NCBI GenBank assembly: GCA_905188025.1
Contig: CAJJKI010000002.1
Span: 78,181-142,180 of the forward strand
DNA: 64,000 nucleotides
From: an uncultured Eubacteriales bacterium
GTDB lineage: Bacteria > Bacillota_I > Bacilli_A > RF39 > UBA660
Direction: 5' to 3'
Shown: one piece after another, positions 19,077 to 29,588 of the stretch
Position numbering within the stretch: the first letter of the stretch is position 1
How the letters are laid out: every line of letters starts with the position of its first letter
The notes under the pieces: generated by a model
Databases searched by the model: none
Told to the model about the DNA's origin: nothing
The model's input: the letters and a program-made list of their open reading frames with translations, nothing else
Program-made: the position numbers and the translations under genes

Positions 19077-21023
19077 ATGTATTTTAATAATAAAGGTAAT
19101 ACTAATATTGATAATGAATTTAATGAAAAAAAATTTAAATTATTTCGCTTTAATTTTAGTAGTAAGAATATTTTGTTAATAGTAGTTGGAATAATTCTCT
19201 TGATATTTGGAATAGTATTTTTTGTTAGACTAGGTAGTAAGAATAGAGTTACTTATTATTTAGAGCTTAATGGAGAAGAATTAGTTACTATTTATAAGGG
19301 TAATGAATATATAGAACCTGGATATATTGGAAGAGATAGTAAGGGAAATGATCTAACTCAAGAAGTAATGATAGATAGTAATGTAGACACTAGTAATATT
19401 GGAGATTATCAGATAGTATATACTTTACATGATAAGTCTTTAAAGAGATATATAACAGTTACTGATAAGCCAGTAGGGGCTACTTATATATATTTAAAGG
19501 GAGATAATACGATATATCTTAATATAGGTGAAGAATATAAGGAACCTGGATATTTAGTAATAGATTCTATTGATAGTAGTCTTACGGATAAAGTAGTAGT
19601 TTATAATAAGATAGATACTAGTAAGAAGGGAACTTATCAGGTAGTATATACAGTAACTAATTCTACAGGAGTTACTACTAGTGCTAAGAGAACAGTTATT
19701 GTAATGGATGGAAATATATCACTGTCTTTAGATAATGATGGGTATACTAATAAAGAGGTTGAAATAAATATCTATATTATGGATAATTATTTTGATTATC
19801 TTTTGTTACCTGATGGTAATAAAATAAAAGATAAGAGTTATACATATAAAGTTAGTGAGAATGGAGAATATAAGTTTATTAGTTATAATAAGACTGGTAA
19901 GGGGACAGAGTCTAGTATAACTGTATCTAATATTGATAGAGAAGGGCCAACTGGTACATGTAGTGGAAGTTATGGAGATGGAAAAAGTAATATTATCGTA
20001 AATGCACAGGATAAGGCTGGTATAGGGAAGTACTCTATTAATAGGAATAGTTATAGTAGTAATAATATTACAGTTAATAAAGAATATAGTAAGGTAACAG
20101 TAACGGTATATGATAAGTTAGGTAATAGTAGGGATATAACATGTAATTTGAGTAAGAAGAGTACACCAGTACCATCTAGTTCTAGTAGTAGTGTTAATCC
20201 TCCGATAACTCCAGGTAGTAATAAGAATGTTAAATATAATGTAACTAGTGACACAATTAATGTATGGATAGAAGCAGTATCTAATTATTATGTATCACAT
20301 ATTTGGGTAAAGGATGCTTATAATCAAATGAAGACAGCAGTACCTAATAATTTTGGTAATGAGTTATGGAAGGCATCAGATATACTTAATAATGCTATTA
20401 ATAGTCATGGATACCAAAATAAGATTATAGTAGCAGTTAATGGAAGTGGATTCGTTTTAAAAGATACATATGACGTTGGATATTATTATGCTAATATAGC
20501 TTTTAATATGACTAGTGTTAGTCCAATAGTTATAGTGGAAGGAAAGGTACTTAGGGATATATCTAGTGGTAATATTCCTAGTAGTAAACATATTACTTAT
20601 GGACTTAAGAAAGATGGATATTTAAGCTACTATAAATATGAGAAGGGTACTAATAGTAGTAATAATATTAATACTTCAAAGAAGATTATTAGTGATGGAG
20701 TACTTAATACAATAGCATTTAATCCAGTACTTGTTGATAATGGAAATGTAGCTAGTAGTGATACTTCTCCGAATATAAGACAAGGATTTTGTCAGATAGA
20801 TAAGAATAATTTTATCTTTATTACTAATAATGATGGATCTAGAAGTAATGGATTTAGTTTTAAGAGAATGGGAGAATATATGGTTTCTTTAGGATGCAAG
20901 ATGGGATTTAATCTAGATGGGGGAGGATCTACAACGTTATTATTTAAGGACAAGGATGGTAGTGTTAAGGCTTTAGTAGGTAACTCTAGAAAGATAGCAG
21001 ATATAGTATATTTTCATGAATAA
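19077..21023 (+). CDS. membrane-anchored protein with two Ig-like (DUF5011-type) repeats and a C-terminal phosphodiester glycosidase (DUF2233/NAGPA-like) domain
   Basis: Repeated G.EY.EPGY...D....LT..V......DTS..G.YQ.VYT modules. C-terminal NGSGF...NLDGGGSTTL. Confidence 0.75.
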   Translation: MYFNNKGNTNIDNEFNEKKFKLFRFNFSSKNILLIVVGIILLIFGIVFFVRLGSKNRVTYYLELNGEELVTIYKGNEYIEPGYIGRDSKGNDLTQEVMIDSNVDTSNIGDYQIVYTLHDKSLKRYITVTDKPVGATYIYLKGDNTIYLNIGEEYKEPGYLVIDSIDSSLTDKVVVYNKIDTSKKGTYQVVYTVTNSTGVTTSAKRTVIVMDGNISLSLDNDGYTNKEVEINIYIMDNYFDYLLLPDGNKIKDKSYTYKVSENGEYKFISYNKTGKGTESSITVSNIDREGPTGTCSGSYGDGKSNIIVNAQDKAGIGKYSINRNSYSSNNITVNKEYSKVTVTVYDKLGNSRDITCNLSKKSTPVPSSSSSSVNPPITPGSNKNVKYNVTSDTINVWIEAVSNYYVSHIWVKDAYNQMKTAVPNNFGNELWKASDILNNAINSHGYQNKIIVAVNGSGFVLKDTYDVGYYYANIAFNMTSVSPIVIVEGKVLRDISSGNIPSSKHITYGLKKDGYLSYYKYEKGTNSSNNINTSKKIISDGVLNTIAFNPVLVDNGNVASSDTSPNIRQGFCQIDKNNFIFITNNDGSRSNGFSFKRMGEYMVSLGCKMGFNLDGGGSTTLLFKDKDGSVKALVGNSRKIADIVYFHE

Positions 21024-21026
21024 AAA

Positions 21027-21085
21027 AAAGATTACTCTTGTTAAAATGAACTTTAGGGGGTTCATTTATAGAGTAATCTTTTTAT
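21027..21085. terminator. bidirectional intrinsic terminator
   Basis: AAAGATTACTCT (21027-21038) pairs with AGAGTAATCTTT (21070-21081). There is an inner ATGAAC/GTTCAT pairing and flanking A/T runs. Confidence 0.75.
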
Positions 21086-21093
21086 GATATAGT

Positions 21094-21660
21094 TTATAGT
21101 ATTTTATCAATGATACCATAATCTAGAGCTTCAGGAGCAGTCATGTAATAATCTCTATCGGTATCTTTTTCAATTTGTTTGATATTTCTTTTGGTATTTT
21201 TTGATAGGATACTATTGATCTTGGTACGTAGTGAAAGGATTCTTTTGGCTACAATATCTATTTCAGTAGCTTGGCCTTTGACGCCACCGAGGGGTTGATG
21301 GATCATTACTTCACTATTGGGAAGGCAATATCTTTTACCTTTTTTACCACATGATAATAGAAATGCAGCCATAGATGCACACATACCAACACAAGTTGTT
21401 GATACATCACTTTTGATAAAGTTCATAGTGTCATATATAGCCATACCGGAAGTGATAGAACCTCCAGGAGAGTTAATATATAGAGAGATATCTTCATTGC
21501 TGATACTATCAAGGTAGAGGAGTTGAGCAATGACAACGTTAGCTAGATCATCATCTATTTCCCCACTTAATAAGATTATACGATTTTTGAGAAGACGTGA
21601 ATAGATATCATAAGCACGTTCTCCCATATTATTTTTTTCAATTACTGTTGGAATTAACAT
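21094..21660 (-). CDS. clpP: ATP-dependent Clp protease proteolytic subunit
   Basis: [32 protein letters not shown] (active-site Ser), MIHQPLGG. Confidence 0.97.
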   Translation of the reverse strand: MLIPTVIEKNNMGERAYDIYSRLLKNRIILLSGEIDDDLANVVIAQLLYLDSISNEDISLYINSPGGSITSGMAIYDTMNFIKSDVSTTCVGMCASMAAFLLSCGKKGKRYCLPNSEVMIHQPLGGVKGQATEIDIVAKRILSLRTKINSILSKNTKRNIKQIEKDTDRDYYMTAPEALDYGIIDKIL

Positions 21661-21779
21661 TTTATCACCTAGTAATATTGTAGTACAAAATGATATGGTG
21701 TGATAGATAAAGGAGTCGACAAATAATTTAGATTTATGATAAAATAATTATAGATAGATATTATATATATGGAGGTATT

Positions 21780-22322
21780 ATGAAGATAGAGAATATTAAA
21801 GTAGGGAGACTTAGATGCAACTGCTATATATTGGATATAGATGATAGGGTATTAGTAATTGATCCAGGAGATGAATTTTCTAGGATAGAGAAAGTTATTG
21901 GTGATAGGGAAGTAGTTGGGGTTGTTATTACGCATCATCATTTTGATCATGTAGGAGCATTAGATGAAGTAGTTAATAAATATAAGTGTAAGGTATATGA
22001 TGGGTATAATTTATTAGAGGGAGTTAATGAGATAGATAGATTTAAGTTTGAAGTGATATATACTCCTGGACATAAGGAAGATTTGATTACGATTTATTTT
22101 AAGGATGATAAGGTAATGTTTACGGGGGATTTTCTTTTTAAAGATAGTATTGGAAGATGTGATCTAGATGGTAGTAGCATGGATGATATGCTTAAATCTA
22201 TTGATAAGATAAAGAAGTATCCAAGGGATATAGTAGTGTATCCAGGACATGGAGTAAGTACTACTTTAGGGTATGAGATAGATAATAATATATATTTTAG
22301 AAGTGATGGAAAATATATTTGA
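21780..22322 (+). CDS. MBL-fold metallo-hydrolase
   Basis: VVITHHHFDHVGA motif, plus downstream TPGH and PGHG. Confidence 0.9.
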   Translation: MKIENIKVGRLRCNCYILDIDDRVLVIDPGDEFSRIEKVIGDREVVGVVITHHHFDHVGALDEVVNKYKCKVYDGYNLLEGVNEIDRFKFEVIYTPGHKEDLITIYFKDDKVMFTGDFLFKDSIGRCDLDGSSMDDMLKSIDKIKKYPRDIVVYPGHGVSTTLGYEIDNNIYFRSDGKYI

Positions 22323-22391
22323 CAAAGTGATATAGATAATTGCTTTTGTTAATGATAGTAATAGAGTATACTATGAATAGATAGGAGGATT

Positions 22392-23357
22392 ATGAAAAAG
22401 AAAAATATTTTTAAGATTGTGGGTTTGGTTATGATAGGAATTATTTTGATAGTATTAGTAGACTTTATATGTGCTAAATATTTTAGGACTAGACCACTTA
22501 TTGCTAAGAAGGAGGTAGTAGCATATTATATTGATGGAGAGAAGAATACAGTGCCTTTGGAATCAGGAATAGTATATAAGTCATTATTTGCTGATGTATA
22601 TTATTGTGATACGACAGTAGATACATATGATAGTGAATATCATATGGAAAGGGAACAGAAAATAATTAGATATTATTTAAAGAAGGGGGAAGTATTTACT
22701 TGTAAGAGTTCTATTAGTTATTATCCAGGTGATGAAGGAATAAAGAATTATGTTGATATGGATAATCCTAGTGATATGGAATATATTAAGAGTATTGCTA
22801 AAGATTTATATAATCAGAAATTAGATGGACTGTATGATGTTAATAATAAGATGGGTGTTATGATCTATAATTTTTTAGGATATCCGATTAATACTAGATA
22901 CCAAGATGTTTATATGTTTAATATTAATGATTTTAGTAAGGATCCAATAAAACTCTTGATAGATGGATTTGATATGGCTTGGAGAAGTATTAATTATAAG
23001 TCATCACCTAGTGGTAATATTTTTAGTTTTTATTATACTTGTGGATATAGAGATCAATGGGGTGGATATAGGAAGTATAGTGAAGAAGATTGTAAGAATA
23101 ATAAGGATACAACGGGTATATATGTATTTAGGATTAATAGTATAAATGATTATGAGAAGATTAATTTTTATAAGGAAGATAATAGTTATTTAGAGGAGTA
23201 TCCAGAGAGTTATTTTAGTATTCAAGAAGTTACTAGTGATACTGAGATGATTATTAAGATGGTACTTACTAAGAATAAACAGACAGAAGTTGATAAAATA
23301 ATATATGTTAAATGGAATTTTATTACTGATAAGAGTGAGGAAATAGAATATGAATAA
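22392..23357 (+). CDS. hypothetical N-terminally anchored protein
   Basis: ORF with AGGAGGA SD and one N-terminal TM segment. No family recognised. Confidence 0.55.
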   Translation: MKKKNIFKIVGLVMIGIILIVLVDFICAKYFRTRPLIAKKEVVAYYIDGEKNTVPLESGIVYKSLFADVYYCDTTVDTYDSEYHMEREQKIIRYYLKKGEVFTCKSSISYYPGDEGIKNYVDMDNPSDMEYIKSIAKDLYNQKLDGLYDVNNKMGVMIYNFLGYPINTRYQDVYMFNINDFSKDPIKLLIDGFDMAWRSINYKSSPSGNIFSFYYTCGYRDQWGGYRKYSEEDCKNNKDTTGIYVFRINSINDYEKINFYKEDNSYLEEYPESYFSIQEVTSDTEMIIKMVLTKNKQTEVDKIIYVKWNFITDKSEEIEYE

Positions 23358-23949
23358 GAGTATTGGTGATAGAATATATTCTCTTAGGAAGAAGCTAGGG
23401 TTATCTCAAGAAGAATTTGCTAATAGGATTGGTGTAACTAGACAAGTTGTTAGTAAATGGGAGATGAATCAAGTAATACCACTTACTGATAAGTTAGAGA
23501 AGATTAGTGAAGAATTTAATATTAGTTATGATGAGATATTAAGGGATATGGATAGTAAGAAGAAAAATAATATTATTAAATATATATTAGTATTTTTAGG
23601 GATAATTATTATAGAGATAGTAATAATTATTATATATACTTATATGTTAGATAAGAAAGATATGGAATATAAGTGTGTTGGTACTAGGACATATTATGTT
23701 GATAGGGTATATGATAGTGATGATGATAATTATAAGTATGTAACATTTATTGATAGAGATAATCAAGTTAATAATATTAAGGTTAGAAAGATAGTAGTTA
23801 ATAATATAGAAGTTGGTAATAGATATGAATTTGTATATAGAAGTAATGATATGGATACTAGTATTGATGAGATAATTAATGATAAGATAGTTAATATTAT
23901 TAAGAGTAATAAAGAGGATGAATGGATAGATATAGTTAATTGTAGATAG
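23350..23949 (+). CDS. XRE-type HTH protein with a transmembrane segment
   Basis: LRKKLGLSQEEFANRIGVTRQVVSKWE HTH followed by the TM segment IIKYILVFLGIIIIEIVIIIIY. The start overlaps the upstream gene. Confidence 0.8.
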   Translation: MNKSIGDRIYSLRKKLGLSQEEFANRIGVTRQVVSKWEMNQVIPLTDKLEKISEEFNISYDEILRDMDSKKKNNIIKYILVFLGIIIIEIVIIIIYTYMLDKKDMEYKCVGTRTYYVDRVYDSDDDNYKYVTFIDRDNQVNNIKVRKIVVNNIEVGNRYEFVYRSNDMDTSIDEIINDKIVNIIKSNKEDEWIDIVNCR

Positions 23950-24027
23950 ATCATGTTTAATAGACATGATTTTTCTATGAATAGATATATGGTTAGTGGG
24001 CATACTATAGGAGAAAGGAATGGTTAT

Positions 24028-24246
24028 ATGGAAGAGTATAAAGTAGTACCTGAGGTTATTACAGGGAAGGATTTGAATTATATAAGTGATATGTTTGAAT
24101 GGAATTATATGGCTTTTAAGAGTAGTCATTTAATGATAGATAAGTGTCAGGATGAGAATATTAAGATGCTTATAGGTAAGGGAAATGAGATATTTAAGAA
24201 GAATATGGAAATGGGTTTAGGTATACTAGGAGGGAAAGATGAATAG
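24028..24246 (+). CDS. small spore-coat-associated protein (partner of the CotF-like protein)
   Basis: GGAGAAAGGA SD precedes the ATG at 24028. ITGKDLNYISDMFEWNYMAFKS resembles the short proteins paired with Coat_F genes (YraD/YraF-type pairs). Confidence 0.5.
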   Translation: MEEYKVVPEVITGKDLNYISDMFEWNYMAFKSSHLMIDKCQDENIKMLIGKGNEIFKKNMEMGLGILGGKDE

Positions 24247-24562
24247 TAAGATTAGTAATCCAAAGGTAGAGGTTAGTAAAGGGATAGGATTTAATGATAA
24301 GGATTATATTACATGGCTTTTGAATATACTTAAAGAGATGGAGAAGAATTATGTTATTATGATGAGTGAAGCTAGTAATGAGAAATTATATGATAAGTAT
24401 ATGGAATGTTTTATTGAGATGGCTGTATTACAAAGAGAAGTATATGAAGAAATGTTTAGACATGGATGGTATCAAGTAGAGGTAATGGAAGAAGAGAAAA
24501 TACAAGAGAAGAAAGTCATGTTAGAGAGAATGTATAATGAATTAGAGATAGCTCAGGATTAG
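24239..24562 (+). CDS. CotF-like (Coat_F domain) spore coat protein
   Basis: NDKDYITWLLNILKEMEKNYVIMMSEASNEKLY...REVYEEMFRHGWY matches the Coat_F helix-bundle pattern. Confidence 0.65.
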   Translation: MNSKISNPKVEVSKGIGFNDKDYITWLLNILKEMEKNYVIMMSEASNEKLYDKYMECFIEMAVLQREVYEEMFRHGWYQVEVMEEEKIQEKKVMLERMYNELEIAQD

Positions 24563-24637
24563 TAATTCCTGGCTTTTTTCTTGACAAATTGATATAAATA
24601 GAGTATTATATTTAGGCGATTTACGGGGGTACTAGTG

Positions 24638-25393
24638 ATGGAAGAATATAGAAGAGTATATACAATGTCTAATGAGAATATTGGGTCATATAAAGAATTA
24701 TATGATTTTGATGGAGCTAGATTACTTACAGTACTTGGTAGTGGAGACCAGTACTTTAATAGTTTATTATATGGAGTAAGCGACGCTACGATATTTGATA
24801 TTAATTATACGGCATGGTTATATTTTAGAATTAAATATAAAGCTATAAAGATACTTAGTTATGAAGAATTTATTAAAGTATTTGTACTTAGAGATATGTA
24901 TGATATAGAAGTATATAATAAGATTGTTCAAGTACTTGATTATGAAGAGATTAATTATTATGTATATTTAGTTAATTCTTTTAATAATATGATATATAGT
25001 AGTCAATGCTTTTATCCTAATGTTATAATTACTAGTTGTGATAGTTGGAAAGATAGGGAAGAATTGAATCCTTATTTGAATAGAGATAATTATTATAAAT
25101 TACAAGAGGTACTTAATAAAAGAGAGATGCCTAGGTTTGTGATAGGAAACTTTATGAATATGAAAATAGAAGATGGTTATGATATATTACTTTTATCTAA
25201 TATATATGACTATATTGATAGAGATATGGATAGATATATAGAGAATGTTTATGGATATAAGGCGCAAGCTTTGGTTAATTATAGTTGGTTTTTTAATGAT
25301 AGAGATAAAGAGTTTATAAGAAGAGGAATGTCTTTAGATAAAGTAAAGGGGTTAATGAAGAGTGATAATTATGTGTTATCACTTAAAAGATAG
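24638..25393 (+). CDS. DUF3419/BtaA-like putative SAM-dependent transferase
   Basis: LLTVLGSGDQYFNSLLYGVSDATIFDIN..AWLYFRIKYKAIKILSYEEFIKVF resembles the DUF3419 N-terminal signature. Confidence 0.55.
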   Translation: MEEYRRVYTMSNENIGSYKELYDFDGARLLTVLGSGDQYFNSLLYGVSDATIFDINYTAWLYFRIKYKAIKILSYEEFIKVFVLRDMYDIEVYNKIVQVLDYEEINYYVYLVNSFNNMIYSSQCFYPNVIITSCDSWKDREELNPYLNRDNYYKLQEVLNKREMPRFVIGNFMNMKIEDGYDILLLSNIYDYIDRDMDRYIENVYGYKAQALVNYSWFFNDRDKEFIRRGMSLDKVKGLMKSDNYVLSLKR

Positions 25394-25404
25394 GAGGGTT
25401 ATAT

Positions 25405-26043
25405 ATGATATACTATGATAAGAATGGCGAGTGTGTAGAATTTAGGAAAAAGAAAAATCTTGGTAAGAAAGTTTATTTAATTAATGATCAGGAATGTGTT
25501 AAGATAGGAATTGATCCTAAACTAGTTAGTTTAGATACTTTAGAATGTATACAAGAGATGGGATTAGAAGGAGTTTATAAAGTTAGAGACTTTTTATATT
25601 CACAAGATGGGGTATTTAAAGCTTATATAATGAAATATTATAAACCAGAAGATATTAATTTTTTTGATATGGATATAGATTATACGATAGAGAATTATTT
25701 AAGACTTAAGAGAGTAGTAGAAGAATTTACTGAGAAGAAGATATTTATGGTAGATTTAAATCCTGATAATGTTATTGTTAATAGAGATGGATTAACGATA
25801 ATAGATACTGATTTATATGTTATTAGTAAATTTATTTCTAGTGATAGGATAGAACTTAATAATTTAAAGGCTTTAAGATATATATTTACACAGTTATATA
25901 TAGAAAATTGGGAAAAGTATTATGGTACTGATTGTATTTTAAAAGCATATAATATATTTGAATTAAATCCTGATGCTACGGTGAAGAAATTACAAAGATA
26001 TAATAGACTTGTTGATAAGATGCATGGTTATAGGGGATTATAA
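25405..26043 (+). CDS. minimal protein-kinase-fold protein (paralog A)
   Basis: DLNPDNVIV (HxDxxxxN-like catalytic loop) and IIDTDLY (DxD metal loop). Starts MIYYD... Confidence 0.5.
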   Translation: MIYYDKNGECVEFRKKKNLGKKVYLINDQECVKIGIDPKLVSLDTLECIQEMGLEGVYKVRDFLYSQDGVFKAYIMKYYKPEDINFFDMDIDYTIENYLRLKRVVEEFTEKKIFMVDLNPDNVIVNRDGLTIIDTDLYVISKFISSDRIELNNLKALRYIFTQLYIENWEKYYGTDCILKAYNIFELNPDATVKKLQRYNRLVDKMHGYRGL

Positions 26044-26723
26044 TGATATATTATGATGAAGATGGTAATGCTAAGATAATTAATAAGGGAAGAAAATTTT
26101 ATCAAGTACATGATGGTGATATGGAATATATTAAGAGTAGTAAGATATATAGTGGAATATATCGATTAGGACTTGATAAGTGTATTAAGATACTAGATGA
26201 TAAGAATAATGTTGACTTAGAAATGATGAAGACTGTTAGAGGATTAAATATAGCAGGATTATATCAACTTAGAGATTTTCTATTTAATATGGATGATAAG
26301 TTTGTAGCATATATGATGGATTATTATAAAAGAGAGAATATAGATCTTTTTAGTCAAGGAGTAGATTATACGATATATAATTATTTGAGATTAGAGAGAG
26401 CAATGAAACTACTAGGAGATAATTTGATATGTGTTAATGATTTACATGATGGGAATGTAATACTTACGGATAGTGAAATTATAATGATAGATATAGATAA
26501 TTATTATAGAGGAGATAAAGAAGAGAAAGTTAAGAGATATAATTTAAGAAGACTTAATGAATTATTTATTACTTTATATAAATGTGATCTAGTTCATTAT
26601 TATGGAAGATACTATAAGAGTGTTGAAGGAAGTATTGAAGAAGTATTTACTTCTAGTGATAAGATGGTTAAGACTTTATCAAAATATAAATGTCCAGGAG
26701 AATATTTTATGAAATGGCTTTAG
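26043..26723 (+). CDS. minimal protein-kinase-fold protein (paralog B)
   Basis: TAATG overlap with paralog A. Collinear similarity: MIYYD.DG, YQLRDFLF, DYTIYNYLRLERA, DLHDGNVIL, MIDIDNYY. Confidence 0.5.
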   Translation: MIYYDEDGNAKIINKGRKFYQVHDGDMEYIKSSKIYSGIYRLGLDKCIKILDDKNNVDLEMMKTVRGLNIAGLYQLRDFLFNMDDKFVAYMMDYYKRENIDLFSQGVDYTIYNYLRLERAMKLLGDNLICVNDLHDGNVILTDSEIIMIDIDNYYRGDKEEKVKRYNLRRLNELFITLYKCDLVHYYGRYYKSVEGSIEEVFTSSDKMVKTLSKYKCPGEYFMKWL

Positions 26724-26886
26724 AAATATAATTTTATATTATGTTACTGGGGCTTTTTTTATTGTATAGGGAAGTTCTTTAAGAAACTAAATAGATTTTA
26801 AAAAGTATGCTCATAAATATTGTTTATATAATAGTAAGGAAATAGAGATAGATATTTATAAATGATATGAGTGTAGAATATTATTA

Positions 26887-26916
26887 TTGACAGGTATTTA
26901 TTATTTTTGATATGAT
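26887..26916 (+). promoter_or_regulatory. sigma-A-type promoter for fhs
   Basis: TTGACA, 18 nt spacer, TATGAT, about 25 nt upstream of the fhs ATG. Confidence 0.4.
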
Positions 26917-26941
26917 TGTATATAGATAGGGAGGTAGTGAG

Positions 26942-28603
26942 ATGACTGATATAGAGATTGCTAGAAATACTAAATTAAAGAGAATAGAGGAAGTAGCTCA
27001 GGAGATAGGGCTAGATGATGAAGATATTGAGTTATATGGAAAATATAAATGTAAGATAGATAATCATATATATGATAGGTATAAGGATAAGAAAGATGGT
27101 AAGTTGATACTGGTGACGGCGATTAGTCCTACTCCTTTAGGAGAGGGAAAAACTACTATGTCGATTGCTTTAGCTGATGGACTTAGAAAGATAGGAAAGA
27201 AAGCAATATTGGCACTTAGAGAACCTTCTTTAGGACCCGTTTTTGGGATAAAGGGAGGAGCTACTGGTGGTGGTATGGTTCAAGTGGCTCCGATGGAAGA
27301 TATTAATTTGCATTTTACAGGAGATATTCATGCAATTACAGCTGCTAATAATTTGTTATCTGCAATGATTGATAATCATATGTATTTTGGTAATAAGTTA
27401 GGGATAAAGAAAGTTGTTTGGAAGAGATGTATGGATCTTAATGATAGACAATTAAGGGAAGTAGATACAGGTTTGTCAGGAGAAGCAAAGATAGTTCCTA
27501 GAAGAGATAAATTTGATATAACAGTAGCTTCTGAAGTAATGGCTATTTTATGTTTAGCAAAAGACATGGATGATTTAAAGAAAAGACTTGGTAATATAAT
27601 AATTGGTTATAATGAAGAAGGTAAGGAAGTATTTGCTCGTGATTTGAAAGCTCATGGTAGTATGGCAGTACTTTTGAAAGATGCTATTAAACCTAATTTA
27701 GTTCAATCACTAGAGCATACTCCAGCAATTATTCACGGAGGACCTTTTGCTAATATAGCTCATGGCTGCAATAGTGTTATAGCTACGAAGATGGCTTTAA
27801 AACTAGGAGACTATGTAATTACGGAAGCAGGATTTGGAGCAGACTTAGGATGCGAAAAATTCTTGGATATAAAATGTAGAATGAATGGACTTGTACCTGA
27901 TGCGGTAGTATTAGTAGCTACAATTAAAGCTTTGAAATATCATGGTGGAGTAGAGAAAGACAAGGTATTTGAAGAAAATATTCCTGCTATGGAACAAGGA
28001 ATGGATAACTTATTTAAACATATAGATAATATTAAGAATAAATTTGGTCTTAATGTAATAGTTGCTATTAATAAGTATAGTCAAGATAGTGATAAAGAGA
28101 TAGAGTATTTAAGAAGTAAGTTAGATGAAAAAGGTATAGGACTTAGTCTTGTAACAGGATGGGCTGATGGTGGAGAAGGCGCTAAAGATATAGCTCAAAA
28201 GATTGTTTCTTTAGTAGAAGAGCCAGAAGAGTTTAAATTTATGTATGATCTAGAAGATGATATTAAGACTAAGATAGAGAAAGTTGCTAAGAAGATATAC
28301 TATGCTAAGGGAGTAGAATATAGTAGTGAGGCTTTGGAAGAGATAGATAGATTAGAGAAATTAGGATATGGAAATTATCCAGTATGTATAGCTAAGACAC
28401 AATATTCTTTATCAGATGATCCAAAGAATTTGAAATGTGATGATGAATATACTATTAAGGTAAGGGGTGTTGAGATAAAGAATGGTGCTGGATTTATTGT
28501 AGTACTTGCTGGTAGTATTATGACAATGCCTGGATTACCTAGAGTGCCTGCTGCTGAAGCAATAGATATTGATAGTGCTGGTATTATTACGGGAATATTT
28601 TAA
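26942..28603 (+). CDS. fhs: formate--tetrahydrofolate ligase
   Basis: PTPLGEGKTT, full-length collinear FTHFS pattern, C-terminal PGLP. Confidence 0.97.
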   Translation: MTDIEIARNTKLKRIEEVAQEIGLDDEDIELYGKYKCKIDNHIYDRYKDKKDGKLILVTAISPTPLGEGKTTMSIALADGLRKIGKKAILALREPSLGPVFGIKGGATGGGMVQVAPMEDINLHFTGDIHAITAANNLLSAMIDNHMYFGNKLGIKKVVWKRCMDLNDRQLREVDTGLSGEAKIVPRRDKFDITVASEVMAILCLAKDMDDLKKRLGNIIIGYNEEGKEVFARDLKAHGSMAVLLKDAIKPNLVQSLEHTPAIIHGGPFANIAHGCNSVIATKMALKLGDYVITEAGFGADLGCEKFLDIKCRMNGLVPDAVVLVATIKALKYHGGVEKDKVFEENIPAMEQGMDNLFKHIDNIKNKFGLNVIVAINKYSQDSDKEIEYLRSKLDEKGIGLSLVTGWADGGEGAKDIAQKIVSLVEEPEEFKFMYDLEDDIKTKIEKVAKKIYYAKGVEYSSEALEEIDRLEKLGYGNYPVCIAKTQYSLSDDPKNLKCDDEYTIKVRGVEIKNGAGFIVVLAGSIMTMPGLPRVPAAEAIDIDSAGIITGIF

Positions 28604-28616
28604 TTTATAAAAATGA

Positions 28617-28656
28617 AAGAGAATTATAATGTGTGAATTATGATTCTTTTTTGTTT
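28617..28656 (+). terminator. intrinsic terminator after fhs
   Basis: 14-bp stem, 28617-28630 with 28637-28650 (two G-U pairs), loop GTGTGA, then a T-run. Confidence 0.7.
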
Positions 28657-28830
28657 ATAAGGGAAGTGCTTTTTATTTATGTAAATGTATTAAATATGCG
28701 AGAATATATATAATATTTAAAATATATAAAAATATATATGAATGTATAAAAATATGGTTACTTTTTTGATATGAATTTACTTAGGAGTTATTTTTAGGTA
28801 TAATGTAGATAAGATTAGGAGGATATGGTT

Positions 28831-29586
28831 ATGGAATATGAGAAGATAACTGATGAGATAGTTAATTTTATTAGAGATTATTATGAAGAGAATAAGTTAT
28901 ATGGGGCAGTATTGGGTATTAGTGGAGGAAAGGATTCAGCAGTAGTTTTGGCTCTTTTGTGTAAGGCTCTTGGTAGTGAGAGGGTTGTTGGTTTGACGAT
29001 GCCTTGTTATTCAAATGAGGAAGATATGAATGATGCGAGAATGCTTAGTGAATATTATGGGAATAGATTATATAATATAGATTTATCGGGGGTATATGAT
29101 AAGTTTAAGTATGAGGTTAGTAAGGCTGGTATTAGTGATCAGGAATGTAAGAATAGTGATATTAATGTTAAGCCTAGGATGAGAATGATGAGTTTATATT
29201 ATATGGCTGCTATGTTAAGTGATATAGAGAAGAGGCCTTACTTGGTAGTGGGTACTAGTAACAAGAGTGAGTTATATGTTGGGTATTTTACTAAGGGAGG
29301 AGATTCTGTTCATGATATAGCTCCAATAGGGGATTTACTGGTATCTGAAGTGATAAAGGTAGGGGCAGTATTGGGAGTGCCTGAAGGGGTTTTATACAAG
29401 ACTCCTAGTGATGGATTATCTGGTATGAGTGATGAAGATAAGTTGGGAGTAAGCTACAATGATATTGAAAGATATATATTGGGAGATGATACTCTTGATA
29501 AGGATATAGCTTTAAAGATAGAGAGAATGCATAATAATAGTAGACATAAATTTATAATACCAATGTATAAAAAGAATAGAGGATAG
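28831..29586 (+). CDS. nadE: ammonia-dependent NAD+ synthetase
   Basis: GISGGKDSAV PP-loop. AGGAGGA SD is best spaced for the ATG at 28831. Confidence 0.9.
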   Translation: MEYEKITDEIVNFIRDYYEENKLYGAVLGISGGKDSAVVLALLCKALGSERVVGLTMPCYSNEEDMNDARMLSEYYGNRLYNIDLSGVYDKFKYEVSKAGISDQECKNSDINVKPRMRMMSLYYMAAMLSDIEKRPYLVVGTSNKSELYVGYFTKGGDSVHDIAPIGDLLVSEVIKVGAVLGVPEGVLYKTPSDGLSGMSDEDKLGVSYNDIERYILGDDTLDKDIALKIERMHNNSRHKFIIPMYKKNRG

Positions 29587-29588
29587 AT

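Noticed and set aside
13561-21779. CIRCE element upstream of hsp20 and CtsR box upstream of clpP.
   Set aside because: Neither TTAGCACTC-N9-GAGTGCTAA nor a tandem GGTCAAA repeat is present in the respective upstream regions.
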